Counted from the stretch's first letter, positions 29,025 through 41,598 are shown. The stretch: DNA of 57,205 nucleotides from Pseudomonadota bacterium (GCA_043825735.1 JBDRRP010000016.1:1-57205); one strand, 5' to 3'. Numbers and translations are program-made. The notes: generated by a model not told the origin, from the sequence alone.

Positions 29025-32020
29025 AGCTGAGCGAACTGGTCCGGCAACTCTCAGAGGTTGTCTCACGCCCAGCGACCGGCGGGGATCCAGACATCTGTCA
29101 GGTGACCTACAGATCCCAGGAGGTCGCGCAAGGTGCGCTGTTTGTGGCCGTTGCCGGCACGCGTGCCAACGGGCACGATTTCATCCGGGATGCTGAGAAA
29201 AAAGGCGCGGCGGCCATCATCGCCGAAAAACCGGTTCAAACGTCGGTTCCGCTCGTTGTGGTGACTGATTCTCGAAAGGCGCTGGCCGAAGCCGCCGCCG
29301 CATTCTACGAGGATCCCAGCGGAGCGTTGACCCTGGTGGGGATCACCGGCACCAACGGCAAGACCACCACGGCCCATATCGTGGAGCATCTTCTGGCCCG
29401 CGCCGGCCACGTGACCGGTGTTATCGGCACGCTGGGTTACCGGTTCGGCGGTGCGTCCTATCCCTTGCCGGTGACAACACCCGAAAGCCGGGATCTTCAG
29501 AAAATCCTCAGGCGCATGCTGGACGCCGGCGTCACCCATGTGGTCATGGAAGTCTCCAGTCATGCCATCGATCAGCACCGCATCTGGCGTTGCCGGTTCG
29601 ACGTGGGAATCTTTACCAACCTGAGCCATGACCACCTGGACTACCACGGTGACATGGCGGCCTACTGGGAATGCAAAAAGCAGTGGTTCACCGATATCCT
29701 GACCGCCACCACCAACCGTAAATCCGCCACGGCGGTCATCAACACCCGGGACAAGCGGGGCCGAGAACTGGCGGCCGATCTGCGGGGGCGCCGCCCCGCG
29801 CCGCGACTGCTGACCGTGGACCGTGCTTCGGGTGCCGACGTGGTGGGCTCCGGGGCGATTTTTCGCCAGGACGGGCTGACGGCGGCCATTGACACCCCGG
29901 CCGGTCCCATCACCCTGTCGTGCCCTTTGGTGGGAGGACATAATCTGGATAACGTGATGGGCGCGATCGGCGCCGCGTGCGCGCTGGGCATTGCGCCCGA
30001 GGTTATCGCGGCGGCCCTGACCGACACCCCCCAGGTGCCCGGCCGCCTTGAGGCTGTCCGGGCTACCGATGAGCGGTTCGTCTTCGTGGATTACGCCCAC
30101 ACGCCCGACGCACTGGAAAACGTTTTGACGACCCTGCGCGCGGTGGCTGACAAACGCCTGATCTGTGTATTCGGCTGCGGCGGGGACCGCGACAGGGGCA
30201 AACGCGCCGTCATGGGCGCCATCGCCGGCAGGCTGGCCGACCTGAGTGTCATCACCGCCGACAATCCGCGCACCGAGTCCACCGCCGCCATTCTCGACGA
30301 TATTGCTGCCGGCATGCGAACGATCACTGCGCACCGGTATTTGCCGTGGACGCCGCCGGATGGATTCACCCGTCCCGGCTATCTGATCGAACCCAATCGT
30401 CTGGCGGCCATTCAGCTGGCCCTGGCGGCCATGCGCGCCGGCGACGTGTTGCTCATCGCGGGAAAGGGGCACGAAACCTACCAAATCATCGGCAGCCATA
30501 CCATCGCATTCGACGATCGGCAGGCGGCAATCCAGTCACTGGCGGCACCGGCCGTGCCCGCACCGCAGGATCCGGACCGGCCACTGCCCTGGACGGGGGA
30601 CCGGCTCCTGGAAGCCGTGGGCGGCGCCTGGGTGCAGACATCGGCGCAACAGGCGCAAACCGCGCGCATCAGCACCGACACGCGCACCCTTTCCAGCACT
30701 GACTGCTTTCTGGCGCTGCACGGGGAGACCCATGACGGCCACGACTTCATTCCGGCAGCCCTGGCAGCCGGCGTCACGTCCATCATCTTCGCCGCACAGC
30801 GCACCGATGAAATCACGGCGCTGCTTCGCCGGCATCCCGCTGTGGACGCCATCGCCGTTGAAAGCCCTCTGGTGGCGCTGGGTCGGCTGGCAGCCTACCA
30901 CCGGGTGCGCACCGGCACTCCGGTAATCGCGGTAACCGGCTCCAACGGCAAGACCACCACACGAGCCATGATGGCCGCGGTGGTCTCCCAACGATTCGAC
31001 ACCCTGGCCACCCGAGGCAATCTGAACAATGAAATCGGTCTGCCCCTGACCCTGTTAGAGGCGGCCCCCCGGCACGCCTGGGCGGTATTGGAAATGGGAA
31101 TGAACCACCCCGGTGAGATCGGCCGCCTGGCGGCAATCTGCGCCCCGAGCGTCGGGGTCATCACCAACATCGGTCCGGCCCACCTCGAGTTTTTGGGAAC
31201 CCTGGAAGGGGTCATGCACGCCAAGGGCGAATTATTGGAGGCCATGGCAGCAGACGCCATGGCCGTTCTCAATGGTGACGATCCATTCACCGAGGCGCTG
31301 ATTCAAAAATGCGCCTGCCCGGTCACAACGTTCGGACTGGGCGCCCGTAACACTGTCAGGGCGGCGGATGTCCGCAGCACCACCAGCGGTATCGCCTTTA
31401 CCCTGGTGACACCCGAGGCCACCCTGCCCGTTCAGCTCCCGGTGTTCGGACGATTCATGGTACCCAACGCCCTGGCGGCAGCGGCGGTGGGATGGCACCT
31501 GGGGATTGCCCCCGAAGGCATCGCTGCAGGTCTTGAGTCCTTTACACCGGTGGGCGGCAGAATGCGGCGCATGCCCCTGGCCAATGGCGTCACCCTCATT
31601 GACGACACCTACAACGCCAATCCCGGATCCATGGCGGCCGCCATCGCGTGCCTCGCGGAAATGGCCGGCGGCGCCGCGACCCACCTGGTCATCGGCGACA
31701 TGCGCGAGCTCGGCGCGGCCTCAGATGCGCTTCACCGCGACATGGGCCGCACCGCAGCAGACTGCCGCATCGACTGTGTATACGCCACCGGCGAGCACGC
31801 CGCCGCCGTGGCCGATGGCGCCGTGGCCGGCGGCATGCCCAGAGGGCAGATCGCAACCGGTGACCAGTCCGATCTTCTTGAAGCCCTCTGCCGTCGGTTA
31901 ACGCGTGGCAGCTGGGTACTGCTCAAAGGCTCCCGCGCCATGGGCATGGAGAAGATGATCGCTGGGATCAGCGACCGGTGCGGGGCTGCGATGATACCCG
32001 ATGACGGGGAAAGGCGATAA
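29021..32020 (+). CDS. murE-murF: Fused MurE-MurF peptidoglycan ligase (999 aa)
   Basis: MurE half: GTNGKTT, DYAHTPD, DNPR, GKGHE. Pro/Ala linker at about 30540-30590. MurF half: TDTR, GSNGKTT, NNEIG, DTYNANP, KGSR. No internal stop. Confidence 0.92.
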   Translation: MKLSELVRQLSEVVSRPATGGDPDICQVTYRSQEVAQGALFVAVAGTRANGHDFIRDAEKKGAAAIIAEKPVQTSVPLVVVTDSRKALAEAAAAFYEDPSGALTLVGITGTNGKTTTAHIVEHLLARAGHVTGVIGTLGYRFGGASYPLPVTTPESRDLQKILRRMLDAGVTHVVMEVSSHAIDQHRIWRCRFDVGIFTNLSHDHLDYHGDMAAYWECKKQWFTDILTATTNRKSATAVINTRDKRGRELAADLRGRRPAPRLLTVDRASGADVVGSGAIFRQDGLTAAIDTPAGPITLSCPLVGGHNLDNVMGAIGAACALGIAPEVIAAALTDTPQVPGRLEAVRATDERFVFVDYAHTPDALENVLTTLRAVADKRLICVFGCGGDRDRGKRAVMGAIAGRLADLSVITADNPRTESTAAILDDIAAGMRTITAHRYLPWTPPDGFTRPGYLIEPNRLAAIQLALAAMRAGDVLLIAGKGHETYQIIGSHTIAFDDRQAAIQSLAAPAVPAPQDPDRPLPWTGDRLLEAVGGAWVQTSAQQAQTARISTDTRTLSSTDCFLALHGETHDGHDFIPAALAAGVTSIIFAAQRTDEITALLRRHPAVDAIAVESPLVALGRLAAYHRVRTGTPVIAVTGSNGKTTTRAMMAAVVSQRFDTLATRGNLNNEIGLPLTLLEAAPRHAWAVLEMGMNHPGEIGRLAAICAPSVGVITNIGPAHLEFLGTLEGVMHAKGELLEAMAADAMAVLNGDDPFTEALIQKCACPVTTFGLGARNTVRAADVRSTTSGIAFTLVTPEATLPVQLPVFGRFMVPNALAAAAVGWHLGIAPEGIAAGLESFTPVGGRMRRMPLANGVTLIDDTYNANPGSMAAAIACLAEMAGGAATHLVIGDMRELGAASDALHRDMGRTAADCRIDCVYATGEHAAAVADGAVAGGMPRGQIATGDQSDLLEALCRRLTRGSWVLLKGSRAMGMEKMIAGISDRCGAAMIPDDGERR

Positions 32021-32022
32021 CC

Positions 32023-33102
32023 ATGCTGCTCTATCTCTTATATCCACTCCACCAGAGCATCTCGGCGTTCAATGTGTTCCGGTACATCACCTTCCGGGCC
32101 ATCTACGCGAGCCTGACCGCCTTTCTCATCTGCTTTTTTCTCGGCCCCTGGGCCATTCGCATGCTCTCACGCCTGCAGATCGGACAGTACGTGCGCGACG
32201 ACGGCCCGCAAACCCATCTGCAAAAGGCCGGCACCCCCACCATGGGCGGTGTGCTCATCATCTTCTCCGTGACCGTGTCCACCCTGCTGTGGACCGATCT
32301 CACCAATGCCTACGTGTGGATCGCCCTGATGGTCACCGTGGCGTTTGCCGCCATCGGATTCACGGACGACTACCTCATGCAGGTCAAAAAACAGAGCAAG
32401 GGCCTCAGCGCCCGTCAAAAATTCCTGCTCCAGACAGTGGTCGCCCTGGCTATGGGCTGCCTGCTCTACTTTGGCACGGATTTCTCCACCCGGATCACCG
32501 TGCCCTTCTTCAAAAAGTTCACTCCGGAATTGGGCTGGGGCTACATCCCCTTTGCCGCGCTGATCATCGTGGGCAGCTCCAACGCCGTCAATCTAACCGA
32601 CGGGCTGGACGGGCTGGCCATCGGCCCCATCATCATCGCCGCCACGACCTATATGGTATTCGCCTATGTGGCCGGCCATGCCCGCATCGCCGACTACCTT
32701 CAGATCAATTTTGTATCCGGCAGCGGCGAGATCACGATCTTCTGCGGCGCCCTGGCTGGCGCCGGTCTCGGTTTTCTGTGGTTCAACGCCTACCCGGCCC
32801 AGGTGTTCATGGGCGATGTCGGCTCTCTTTCACTGGGCGGGGCCCTGGGCGCGGTGGCCGTCATCACCAAACAGGAAATCCTTCTGGTACTGGTGGGGGG
32901 GCTATTCGTGATGGAAACCCTGTCGGTGATCTTCCAGGTGGGATTTTTCAAACTGACACATGGCCGGCGTATTTTCAAGATGGCGCCGCTGCACCACCAT
33001 TTCGAACTCAAAGGTTGGCCGGAGCCCAAAGTGATCGTCCGATTCTGGATCATCGCCATCGCGCTGGCGCTCTTGTCCTTGAGCACATTGAAGCTGCGCT
33101 GA
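32023..33102 (+). CDS. mraY: Phospho-N-acetylmuramoyl-pentapeptide transferase
   Basis: [25 protein letters not shown] and APLHHHFE motifs. Confidence 0.97.
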   Translation: MLLYLLYPLHQSISAFNVFRYITFRAIYASLTAFLICFFLGPWAIRMLSRLQIGQYVRDDGPQTHLQKAGTPTMGGVLIIFSVTVSTLLWTDLTNAYVWIALMVTVAFAAIGFTDDYLMQVKKQSKGLSARQKFLLQTVVALAMGCLLYFGTDFSTRITVPFFKKFTPELGWGYIPFAALIIVGSSNAVNLTDGLDGLAIGPIIIAATTYMVFAYVAGHARIADYLQINFVSGSGEITIFCGALAGAGLGFLWFNAYPAQVFMGDVGSLSLGGALGAVAVITKQEILLVLVGGLFVMETLSVIFQVGFFKLTHGRRIFKMAPLHHHFELKGWPEPKVIVRFWIIAIALALLSLSTLKLR

Positions 33103-33137
33103 AGCGGAATGTCGATAGCTAAAGGAGCAATGCGGTA

Positions 33138-34496
33138 ATGGATCTTTCCGGAAAACAGGTGCTCATCGTGGGACTGGGTCGCTCTGGGGTGGCCACGGCC
33201 CGGTTTGCTGCGGCCAGGGGCGCGCGGGTCACGGTGAACGACGCCGCTTCGCGCGAGGCACTGGAAGCGCCGATCCGGGAGATGGCCGCGCTGGAAATTG
33301 ACGTCATCAGCGGCGGCCATCCCGTCGAGGCCTTTACCGACTGCGATCTGGTGGTACTCAGTCCCGGTGTGCCACACACCATGGCGCCCGTTCAGGCCGC
33401 GGTCGCCGCTGGCATTCCGGTCATGGGCGAGATGGCGCTGGCCTGCCGTTTTACCGACACCCCCATGGTGGCGGTCACCGGTACCAACGGCAAGACAACC
33501 GTCACGACCATGATCGGCGAGATGCTCTCGCGTTCGGGCAAATCCGTCTTTGTCGGGGGCAACATCGGAACCCCCCTGATCGCTCACGTCGCCTCCGGAA
33601 AACGGGCCGACGTGCTCGTGGTGGAAGTCAGCAGTTTTCAATTGGATACGGCGCCGGGATTTCGACCGGCCGTCAGCGTCCTGTTAAACATCACCGAAGA
33701 CCACATGGACCGGTATGCCGATTTTCAGGCCTACGCCGTTTCCAAAGCCGGTATTTTCAAAAACCAGACAGATGGCGATATCGCCGTCTTCAACGGTGAC
33801 GATCCGGTCATCGCGCTGCTGACCGCCGGTCTGCGGGCCGTACCCCTGGCATTTTCCCGGCAAACCAACGGCTTCACCGCCGATGTGGGCGCTACGTTTA
33901 CCAGCGCAACCATCACGATAACCCTGCCCGATTCCGGCACCACGGCGTTCGACATCACCGATGCCCCGCTGGCGGGCGACCACAACCGGGAGAACATGTC
34001 CGCCGCCGTCCTGGCGGCCATGTCAGCCGGCGCCGATACCGAGGCCGTTCAGGCGGTGCTGTCTACGTTTCGAGGTCTGCCCCATCGCCTGGAGACGGTC
34101 GCCGAGCGCAGCGGGGTCAGCTATGTCAACGATTCGAAGGCCACTAACGTGGACGCCGTTCTTCGCGCCCTGCAGGCCTACTCCCAGCCGGTGATCCTCA
34201 TCATGGGTGGCCGTGACAAGGGGGGATCCTTTGAGGATCTGGCCGCCGCCGTCAGAGACCATGTGAAGCACCTGGTGGTGGTCGGCGAATCCCGCCACCG
34301 GATCGCCGAGGCGCTGGATCGGCATGCAGCCACCACGCTGGCCGACACCCTGGCCGATGGCGTCCAGGCGGCCCGCCGCCTTGCCGCTGCCGGCGACGTT
34401 GTGCTGCTTTCTCCCGGGTGCGCCAGTTTTGATGCATTTACCAGCTACGCCCACCGGGGCGCGTCATTTCGGCAATACGTGGAGGCACTCCCATGA
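33138..34496 (+). CDS. murD: UDP-MurNAc-L-Ala:D-Glu ligase
   Basis: GLGRSG, SPGV, GNIG, EVSSFQL, NDSKATN and SPGCASFD motifs. Confidence 0.96.
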   Translation: MDLSGKQVLIVGLGRSGVATARFAAARGARVTVNDAASREALEAPIREMAALEIDVISGGHPVEAFTDCDLVVLSPGVPHTMAPVQAAVAAGIPVMGEMALACRFTDTPMVAVTGTNGKTTVTTMIGEMLSRSGKSVFVGGNIGTPLIAHVASGKRADVLVVEVSSFQLDTAPGFRPAVSVLLNITEDHMDRYADFQAYAVSKAGIFKNQTDGDIAVFNGDDPVIALLTAGLRAVPLAFSRQTNGFTADVGATFTSATITITLPDSGTTAFDITDAPLAGDHNRENMSAAVLAAMSAGADTEAVQAVLSTFRGLPHRLETVAERSGVSYVNDSKATNVDAVLRALQAYSQPVILIMGGRDKGGSFEDLAAAVRDHVKHLVVVGESRHRIAEALDRHAATTLADTLADGVQAARRLAAAGDVVLLSPGCASFDAFTSYAHRGASFRQYVEALP

Positions 34497-35626
34497 GCGC
34501 GGCGCCCGTCTCACCGCAACGATCCGCATCGGCCGTCCCCTTCTACGACATCGGCCTGCTGTTTCCGGTGCTTTTCCTGGTGGGGATCGGGATCGTCATG
34601 GTCTACAGCGCCAGTTCTGCCATGGCCATCAAGCGGTTCGGCAGCGATTACTACTTTCTCAAAAAACAGGCGATGTTTTCCCTGGCGGGGGTCGTGGCGC
34701 TGGTGGCCTGCCGGCACATTCCGTACCGTTTGTACCGTCCCCTGAGCTATCCCCTGCTGCTGGTCGCCCTGTGCCTGCTGCTGGCCGTCCCCCTCACCGG
34801 TCTGGGGGTGAGCGTGGGCGGCGCCGCCCGTTGGCTGCGCATCGGACCTTTCAGCCTGCAACCGGCCGAAGCCGCCAGGGTCGCCATGGTGATCTACCTG
34901 TCGTATTCCATGAGCAAAAAAATCGATCGTCTGGACGAATTCACCATCGGGTTTGTGCCCCATGTCATCGTTCTGGGAATATTCACCGCCGTCATCAGCG
35001 CCCAGCCGGATTTCGGAGCCATCGTCATCCTCGCCGCCCTGACCTATATCATGCTGTTCATCGGCGGCGTTCGCACCTGGCACCTGATCGCATCGCTGTT
35101 GCTGCTGGCACCGATGGCGTACCTTTACATGATCAGCGCCGCCTACCGTATCAGCCGATTGGTGAGCTTTCTCAATCCCTGGGATTACGCCACCAAGGAA
35201 GGCTACCAGACCGTTCACAGCCTCATGGCTTTTGGCTCCGGCGGTCTCTGGGGTACCGGCATCGGCAAGGGCGTTCAAAAATTGTTCTACCTGCCGGAGC
35301 CGCATACCGATTTCATATTCTCCGTCATCGGCGAAGAGCTGGGCCTGGTGGGGGTGATGATCATATTGATTCTCTACGGACTGATCATCTGGCGCGGTCT
35401 TCATATCGCCAGCACGGCAAGGGATCATTTTGGATCGTTTCTGGCGTCCGGCCTGACTATCGGGCTGGCCTTGCAGATCTGTGTCAACATCGGCGTGACC
35501 ATGGGGTTGCTCCCCACCAAAGGGCTTACCTTGCCGTTTCTGAGCTACGGCGGCACGTCTCTGGTAGTGAGCATGGCCTGCATCGGCATCCTTCTCAACA
35601 TCGGCGCCGGCAGGCAGAAAGCGTAA
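34493..35626 (+). CDS. ftsW: Peptidoglycan polymerase FtsW (SEDS family)
   Basis: MVYSAS, QPAE, QPDFG, LPEPHTDFIF and PFLSYGG motifs. Confidence 0.95.
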   Translation: MSAAPVSPQRSASAVPFYDIGLLFPVLFLVGIGIVMVYSASSAMAIKRFGSDYYFLKKQAMFSLAGVVALVACRHIPYRLYRPLSYPLLLVALCLLLAVPLTGLGVSVGGAARWLRIGPFSLQPAEAARVAMVIYLSYSMSKKIDRLDEFTIGFVPHVIVLGIFTAVISAQPDFGAIVILAALTYIMLFIGGVRTWHLIASLLLLAPMAYLYMISAAYRISRLVSFLNPWDYATKEGYQTVHSLMAFGSGGLWGTGIGKGVQKLFYLPEPHTDFIFSVIGEELGLVGVMIILILYGLIIWRGLHIASTARDHFGSFLASGLTIGLALQICVNIGVTMGLLPTKGLTLPFLSYGGTSLVVSMACIGILLNIGAGRQKA

Positions 35627-35632
35627 GCGGCA

Positions 35633-36775
35633 ATGACTGCTGATCGTCACAACACACACCTGCTCATCGCCGGCGGCGGCACCGGCGGCCACCTGTTTCC
35701 GGGCGTGGCCGTGGCCGACGAGTGGCGTCGCCGATTCGGTGACGGCCGCGTACTGTTCGTGGGAACGGGACGCCCGTTTGAAAGGGACGTCCTTGACCGG
35801 GCGGGATACCCGCACCGCAGCATCACCGCATCGGGGATCAAGGGTCTGGGATGGTGGCGGAAGCTTAAGGCCATGGGGGCGGCAGTCATCGGTACGATGC
35901 AAAGCATGCTGATCATCTGGCAGTTTCGGCCTGTGGCGGTTGTTGCGGTGGGCGGCTACGCGTCTGGCCCGGTGGCTCTGGCGGCCTGGCTGCTTCGGAT
36001 TCCCGTTGTCCTTCACGAGCAAAACACCATCGCCGGAATCACCAATCGCCTGCTCGCGCCCCTGGCGCGGCGGGTGTACGTGTCCTTTCCGGGCACGCGG
36101 TTTCCGGCGCCGCCGGAAAAAGTTGTCCACACCGGAAACCCGGTCCGTCAGGGGTTCACCGGCTCAGCGCACCGCGCGCCCGACCGGAAGCGTCCCTTTA
36201 CCGTGCTGGTGATCGGCGGCAGCCAGGGAGCACGCGGCATCAATCAGGCCGTGGCCGACATGCTCCCCGATCTGCCCGACGCCCGCGCCTGGCGGTTCAT
36301 CCACCAGACCGGCGCCCCGGACGAGGACCGGATCCGAAAAGCCTATACCGAAGCCGGCATGTCCCACGAGGTGGCGGCGTTTTTCCATGACATGCCGACG
36401 CTGTTCAGGGAAGCGGATCTGGTAATCTGCCGCGCCGGGGCCACCACCATTGCCGAGCTTACCGCCATGGGCCGGGCGGCGATACTGGTGCCCTTTCCCC
36501 ATGCCGCCGACAACCACCAGGTGGTCAATGCCGGCGCCCTGGTCGCGGCGGGGGCTGCCGAGATGATCGAAGAGGCCGACCTGGACGCCGCGCGTCTGGC
36601 TGGACGTCTTACCCTGTACCGGTCGCAACCGGAAGCACTGGCGCGCCTTGGGGCCAATGCGGCGCGCCTGGGCAGACCGGCCGCGGCAAGCGCCATCGTG
36701 GATGACATCCTCGCGGTGATCGGGCACTCCGGCAACGCATCATCACATGAACGGGAAACGCAGCATGTATCGTAA
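35633..36775 (+). CDS. murG: Lipid II GlcNAc transferase
   Basis: GGGTGGH, HEQN, GNPVR, GGSQGA and RAGATT motifs. Confidence 0.96.
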   Translation: MTADRHNTHLLIAGGGTGGHLFPGVAVADEWRRRFGDGRVLFVGTGRPFERDVLDRAGYPHRSITASGIKGLGWWRKLKAMGAAVIGTMQSMLIIWQFRPVAVVAVGGYASGPVALAAWLLRIPVVLHEQNTIAGITNRLLAPLARRVYVSFPGTRFPAPPEKVVHTGNPVRQGFTGSAHRAPDRKRPFTVLVIGGSQGARGINQAVADMLPDLPDARAWRFIHQTGAPDEDRIRKAYTEAGMSHEVAAFFHDMPTLFREADLVICRAGATTIAELTAMGRAAILVPFPHAADNHQVVNAGALVAAGAAEMIEEADLDAARLAGRLTLYRSQPEALARLGANAARLGRPAAASAIVDDILAVIGHSGNASSHERETQHVS

Positions 36776-38168
36776 GGCCTACCACATCCATTTTGTCGGC
36801 ATCGGGGGGATCGGCATGAGCGGGATCGCCGAGCTCCTGCTGAACCTGGGCTATCACGTGTCGGGATCGGACCTGCAGTCCTCCGACATCACCCGGCGCC
36901 TGGCTGGGCTGGGCGGTCGCATTCATCAGGGGCATGCGGCCGAAAATGTTCAAAAGGCCGACGTTGTGGTCGTCTCTTCGGCCATCGACGCCGACAACCC
37001 CGAGATCGCCGCCGCACTGGCCGCTGCCATCCCGGTCATCCCGCGCGCCGAAATGCTGGCCGAACTCATGCGACTGAAGTACTCCGTCGCCATCGCCGGG
37101 GCGCACGGGAAGACCTCCACCACCTCACTGGTGGCGGGGATCCTGGCTGAAGGCGGTCTCGACCCGACAGTGGTCATCGGAGGTAAGCTTAAAAGCCTGG
37201 GCCGTAACGCCGTTCTGGGTCAGGGCGACTTCATCGTAGCCGAGGCCGATGAAAGCGACGGCAGCTTTCTGAAATATTCCCCGGCCATCGCCGTGGTCAC
37301 CAACATCGACTGTGAGCATCTCGATTTCTATCGGGACCTCGAGCACATCAAAGATACGTTCCTGACCTTTATCGATCGCATTCCCTTCTACGGACTGGCC
37401 ATTTTGTGCCTGGACAACGCATCGGTGCAGGACCTGCTGCCGCGGGTGAAAAAACGCTTCGTGACCTACGGACTCTCCTCCCAGGCAGACTACCGCGCAC
37501 GGAACATAACCTTCAGCGGGCTGCAAAGCGACTTCGAGGTGTCCTTCGGCACAGCGGTCCTGGGCCGCATCCGTCTCAATCTGCCCGGCATACACAATGT
37601 GACCAACGCACTGGCCAGTATCGCTGTCGGCATGGAGCTGGACATCGCGTTCAGCGTCATTAAAAAATCCCTGGAAACCGCCCAAGGCGTCCAGCGCCGG
37701 CTGGAAATCAAAGGCGAGGCCGCAGGCATCACCGTGGTGGACGATTACGGCCACCATCCTACGGAAATCAAGGCAACCCTCCAGGCGGCCCGGGAATCCT
37801 GGCCGGATCGCCGACTGGTGGTCGTGTTTCAACCCCACCGTTACAGCCGCACCCAGGCGCTGTTTGACGACTTCACCCGGAGTTTCTACCAGTCCGACAC
37901 GTTGCTGGTGATGCCTATCTACGCTGCCAGCGAGAAACCGATTCCCGGCGTGGCCGCCGATGCACTGTGTGAAAGCATCCGGTCCCACGGCCACAAGGAC
38001 GTCCACTTTGCGGCCGGCCCTGCGGAGTCGCTCGCGTGTCTCACCCGGAAGCTGACGCCCGGAGACGTGCTGCTGACCTTGGGCGCTGGGGATGTCTACA
38101 AAGTGGGTGAGTCGGTAGTGGAATGGCTGGCTTCGGCGGCGGCGGCCGGAATGGGAAAAACGCCATGA
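36765..38168 (+). CDS. murC: UDP-MurNAc:L-Ala ligase
   Basis: [36 protein letters not shown] and FQPHRYSR motifs. Confidence 0.96.
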   Translation: MYRKAYHIHFVGIGGIGMSGIAELLLNLGYHVSGSDLQSSDITRRLAGLGGRIHQGHAAENVQKADVVVVSSAIDADNPEIAAALAAAIPVIPRAEMLAELMRLKYSVAIAGAHGKTSTTSLVAGILAEGGLDPTVVIGGKLKSLGRNAVLGQGDFIVAEADESDGSFLKYSPAIAVVTNIDCEHLDFYRDLEHIKDTFLTFIDRIPFYGLAILCLDNASVQDLLPRVKKRFVTYGLSSQADYRARNITFSGLQSDFEVSFGTAVLGRIRLNLPGIHNVTNALASIAVGMELDIAFSVIKKSLETAQGVQRRLEIKGEAAGITVVDDYGHHPTEIKATLQAARESWPDRRLVVVFQPHRYSRTQALFDDFTRSFYQSDTLLVMPIYAASEKPIPGVAADALCESIRSHGHKDVHFAAGPAESLACLTRKLTPGDVLLTLGAGDVYKVGESVVEWLASAAAAGMGKTP

Positions 38169-39037
38169 CGCGCGAGAAGCGACATATCCGGAAAAACACG
38201 AGCAAAACGGCCACGTCGGCACGACAGTTGCGCTGGCGCACCGCAGCCGGCCGCATCCTGACGGTGGTGGCCATCGCCGCAACGCTTCCCACGGTGGCGC
38301 TGGGCTGTATCCTGGCCCACGATCTCATTACCCAGGGGGCGTACACGCGCATTCGCCACACGGAGATTTCCGGAACGCACCGTTTGTCGCACCAGGACAT
38401 CATCCGCCAGGCGGCTATTCCGGAGGCACTCAATCTGCTGGGGGTAAACCTCCGAGTCATCCGCCAGCGCCTCATGGCCCACCCCTGGATTGCGGAGGCG
38501 TCCGTGTCTCGACACTTTCCCGATCGGCTGGTCATACACATCCGCGAGCAGCAGCCGGTAGCCCAGGTGGTGATGGAAGACCAGTGGTACCTGGCCAATG
38601 CCGCCGGTACGTTTTTCATCGCTGGCGAAAACCTGCAGCCCGGTATACCGGTAGTGACGGGCATCACCACCGCCGACCTGGATACCGATGGCCGGCTGCC
38701 CGGGGCCATATGGCAGACGCTCATGACGGCAATACGCTACGACGCCCCGAACGGAAACGGTTCCCGCGGCGCGCTTGAAACGCACATCGCCTATGATCGC
38801 GATATCGGTGTGAGCGTCCTGGCAACGCCGCTGCTGGGCACCATCCATCTCGGCACCCCTCCGGCCGCCGATGCGTTCGTGCTGGCCGAACGCATCGCCG
38901 CCTACCTGTCATTATCGGGCTATGCAACCGGCTTTTCCGCCATCGACATGCGCAATCCCAACCGTATCGTGGTGGCGCCATCGCCAATGGCCGAGCGCCG
39001 GGAGAAGACCCATGAGGAGAACAAAAATGCAGCCTAA
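38165..39037 (+). CDS. ftsQ: Cell division protein FtsQ/DivIB
   Basis: TM plus POTRA domain ([23 protein letters not shown]); C-terminal IDMR; ATGA overlap with murC. Confidence 0.8.
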   Translation: MTREKRHIRKNTSKTATSARQLRWRTAAGRILTVVAIAATLPTVALGCILAHDLITQGAYTRIRHTEISGTHRLSHQDIIRQAAIPEALNLLGVNLRVIRQRLMAHPWIAEASVSRHFPDRLVIHIREQQPVAQVVMEDQWYLANAAGTFFIAGENLQPGIPVVTGITTADLDTDGRLPGAIWQTLMTAIRYDAPNGNGSRGALETHIAYDRDIGVSVLATPLLGTIHLGTPPAADAFVLAERIAAYLSLSGYATGFSAIDMRNPNRIVVAPSPMAERREKTHEENKNAA

Positions 39038-40253
39038 ATCTGAGATCATCGTCGGCCTCGATGTGGGGACAACCAAAATTTGCGCCGTGGTCGGTGAATA
39101 CACCGGCAGTGATATCAACATTATCGGCATCGGCACCCACCCGTCCATCGGCCTGCGCAAGGGCGTGGTGGTCAATATCGAATCAACTGTGGAAAGCATC
39201 AAAAAGGCCGTCGAAGAAGCCGAGCTGATGGCGGGCTGTGAAATCTCATCGGTCTATGCCGGTATCGCCGGTGGGCATATCACCGGATTCAACAGCCGCG
39301 GAATCATTGCCATCAAGGGGCCGGAGATCACCGAGGGCGATGTGGAACGGGTCATTGACGCTGCCCGGGCCGTGGCGATTCCCATGGACCGGGAAGTGAT
39401 CCATGTCCTGCCTCAGGAATTCATTGTCGACGACCAGACCGGCATTCAGAATCCCGTGGGCATGGCGGGGGTACGCCTGGAAGCCAAGATTCACATCGTC
39501 ACGGGCGCGGTCACCTCGGCACACAACATCGTCAAATGCGCCAACCGCTCAGGACTCGATGTCTGTGACATCGTGCTCGAATCGCTGGCCTCCGGAGAGG
39601 CAGTGCTCACCGGCGAGGAACGCGAGTTGGGGACCGCGCTCATCGACCTTGGCGGCGGCACCAGTGATCTGGCGATTTTCTCGGGCAACAACATCCGGCA
39701 CACCTTCGTACTGGCGCTGGGCGGCAACAACATCACCAACGATATCGCCGTGGGACTCAGGGCCCCCATCGCCGAGGCCGAAAAAATCAAGAAAAAATAC
39801 GGTTCCTGCCTCACCGAACGCATCAGCAGCGAGGAAACCGTCGAAGTACCGGGAATGGGAGGGCGCCCCGCCCGGAAACTGCCGCGTCAGATTCTGGGTG
39901 AAATCCTGGAGCCCCGCATGGAGGAGATCTTTACCCTGATCAAACGGGAAATCCACCGGGCCGGCATGGAGAACCTGACATCTTCGGGCGTCGTGCTCAC
40001 CGGGGGGTCATCGCTGCTGGACGGGTGTGTTGAAATCGCCGAATCGGTGTTCAATCTGCCCACCCGCATGGGCGCCCCCCAGGGTATCGGCGGACTGGTG
40101 GACGTGGTCAACAACCCCATGTACGCCACCGGCGTGGGGCTGGTCATGTACGGGGCCAAAAACCAGAGCACCAAGAAGTTCCGCATCCGGGACGTGAACA
40201 TCTTTAACCGGGTGATGTCTCAAATGAAACGATGGTTTAAAGAAGTAATATAG
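39027..40253 (+). CDS. ftsA: Cell division protein FtsA
   Basis: GLDVGTTK, DLGGGTSD, AEKIK and VLTGG motifs; SD GAGGAG. Confidence 0.96.
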   Translation: MQPKSEIIVGLDVGTTKICAVVGEYTGSDINIIGIGTHPSIGLRKGVVVNIESTVESIKKAVEEAELMAGCEISSVYAGIAGGHITGFNSRGIIAIKGPEITEGDVERVIDAARAVAIPMDREVIHVLPQEFIVDDQTGIQNPVGMAGVRLEAKIHIVTGAVTSAHNIVKCANRSGLDVCDIVLESLASGEAVLTGEERELGTALIDLGGGTSDLAIFSGNNIRHTFVLALGGNNITNDIAVGLRAPIAEAEKIKKKYGSCLTERISSEETVEVPGMGGRPARKLPRQILGEILEPRMEEIFTLIKREIHRAGMENLTSSGVVLTGGSSLLDGCVEIAESVFNLPTRMGAPQGIGGLVDVVNNPMYATGVGLVMYGAKNQSTKKFRIRDVNIFNRVMSQMKRWFKEVI

Positions 40254-40341
40254 GAAAGCGGCCATGCAAAGACAGCTCAGCCTTTTTGAGGCGGCAGACG
40301 CTTTGGTGGCTAAAGAACCACAACACGAGGAGGTGGGGGAA

Positions 40342-41514
40342 ATGACATTTACGTTCGTGGAAAACGAGGGATCGGCAAAAATCAAGGTCATTGGCGTCGG
40401 GGGGGCCGGCGGTAACGCAGTGAACAACATGATCGACTCGAACCTGCAGGGGGTTCGGTTCATTGCGGCCAACACCGATTCCCAGGCACTGGAGCGCTCC
40501 AAGGCCGAGGTGAAAATCCAGATCGGCGAGCATCTCACCGAAGGGCTGGGCGCCGGCGCCAACCCGCAGGTCGGCCGGGAGGCGGCCCTGGAAAACCTGG
40601 ACCAGCTCAAATCCATCATCCAGGACAGCCACATGGTCTTTATCACAGCCGGTTTCGGCGGGGGTACCGGCACAGGCGCCGCACCGGTCATCGCCCAATT
40701 GTGCAAAGATCTTGGGATTCTCACCGTAGCGGTCGTTTCCAAGCCGTTCAGCTTTGAGGGGCGAAAGCGACTGCGCCAGGCCGAGGACGGCATCAACCAG
40801 CTCAAAGAAGTCGCCGACACCGTCATCACCATTCCCAACGACCGCCTGCGGGGGCTGGCCTCCAAAAACGCCCGCATGGTGGACATGTTCAAAAAAGCCG
40901 ATGAAATCCTGCTGCACTCGGTGAAGGGGATCTCGGATCTCATCATGATCCCGGGTCTGGTCAACCTGGATTTTGCCGATGTGAAAACCACCATGAGCAA
41001 GGCGGGTCTTGCCATCATGGGCATCGGCATCGCCAGCGGTGAGAACCGGGCTGTCGAGGCTGCCGAGCGGGCCATCTCTCACCCGCTGCTGGAAGATATC
41101 TCCGTAGCCGGCGCTCAGGGCGTGCTCATGAACATCACCTCCACCAGTGACATCACCCTGGAGGAAATGACCGAGGCCTCTGACCGCATCTACCAGGAAG
41201 TCGGCGAGGATGCTGAAATCATCTGGGGACAGACCATCGACGAATCCCTGGGCGATGAGATCCGCGTCACCGTCATCGCCACCGGCATCGGCAATAAAAA
41301 GGCGTCCAAAGCCGAGCCCCGCACCCGCGGCGTCGTGCGCGACATTACCCCTGAGGACCTCCAGGTGGCAACCAACCTGGAAGAGCCGGCCTTCATTCGC
41401 CACAAAGAGGCGGTGGGGGAATCGTCAAGAGCCACTTACCACGGGTTCAAGGGGCTTGTCATCGACGGCGATGATCTGGACGTGCCGACATTTCTTCGCC
41501 GCCAGGCTGATTGA
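40342..41514 (+). CDS. ftsZ: Cell division protein FtsZ (alternative in-frame upstream ATG at 40264)
   Basis: GGGTGTG signature, NLDFAD and C-terminal DVPTFLR; strong SD GAGGAGG before 40342. Confidence 0.97.
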   Translation: MTFTFVENEGSAKIKVIGVGGAGGNAVNNMIDSNLQGVRFIAANTDSQALERSKAEVKIQIGEHLTEGLGAGANPQVGREAALENLDQLKSIIQDSHMVFITAGFGGGTGTGAAPVIAQLCKDLGILTVAVVSKPFSFEGRKRLRQAEDGINQLKEVADTVITIPNDRLRGLASKNARMVDMFKKADEILLHSVKGISDLIMIPGLVNLDFADVKTTMSKAGLAIMGIGIASGENRAVEAAERAISHPLLEDISVAGAQGVLMNITSTSDITLEEMTEASDRIYQEVGEDAEIIWGQTIDESLGDEIRVTVIATGIGNKKASKAEPRTRGVVRDITPEDLQVATNLEEPAFIRHKEAVGESSRATYHGFKGLVIDGDDLDVPTFLRRQAD

Positions 41515-41598
41515 TCGTTTTAAACGGCCGCTGCCCATCACCGTTGGTCGGCGGTGCACGGCGGCGGCCCCGGACCGCTCCATCCGTGAAGGGTGTCC

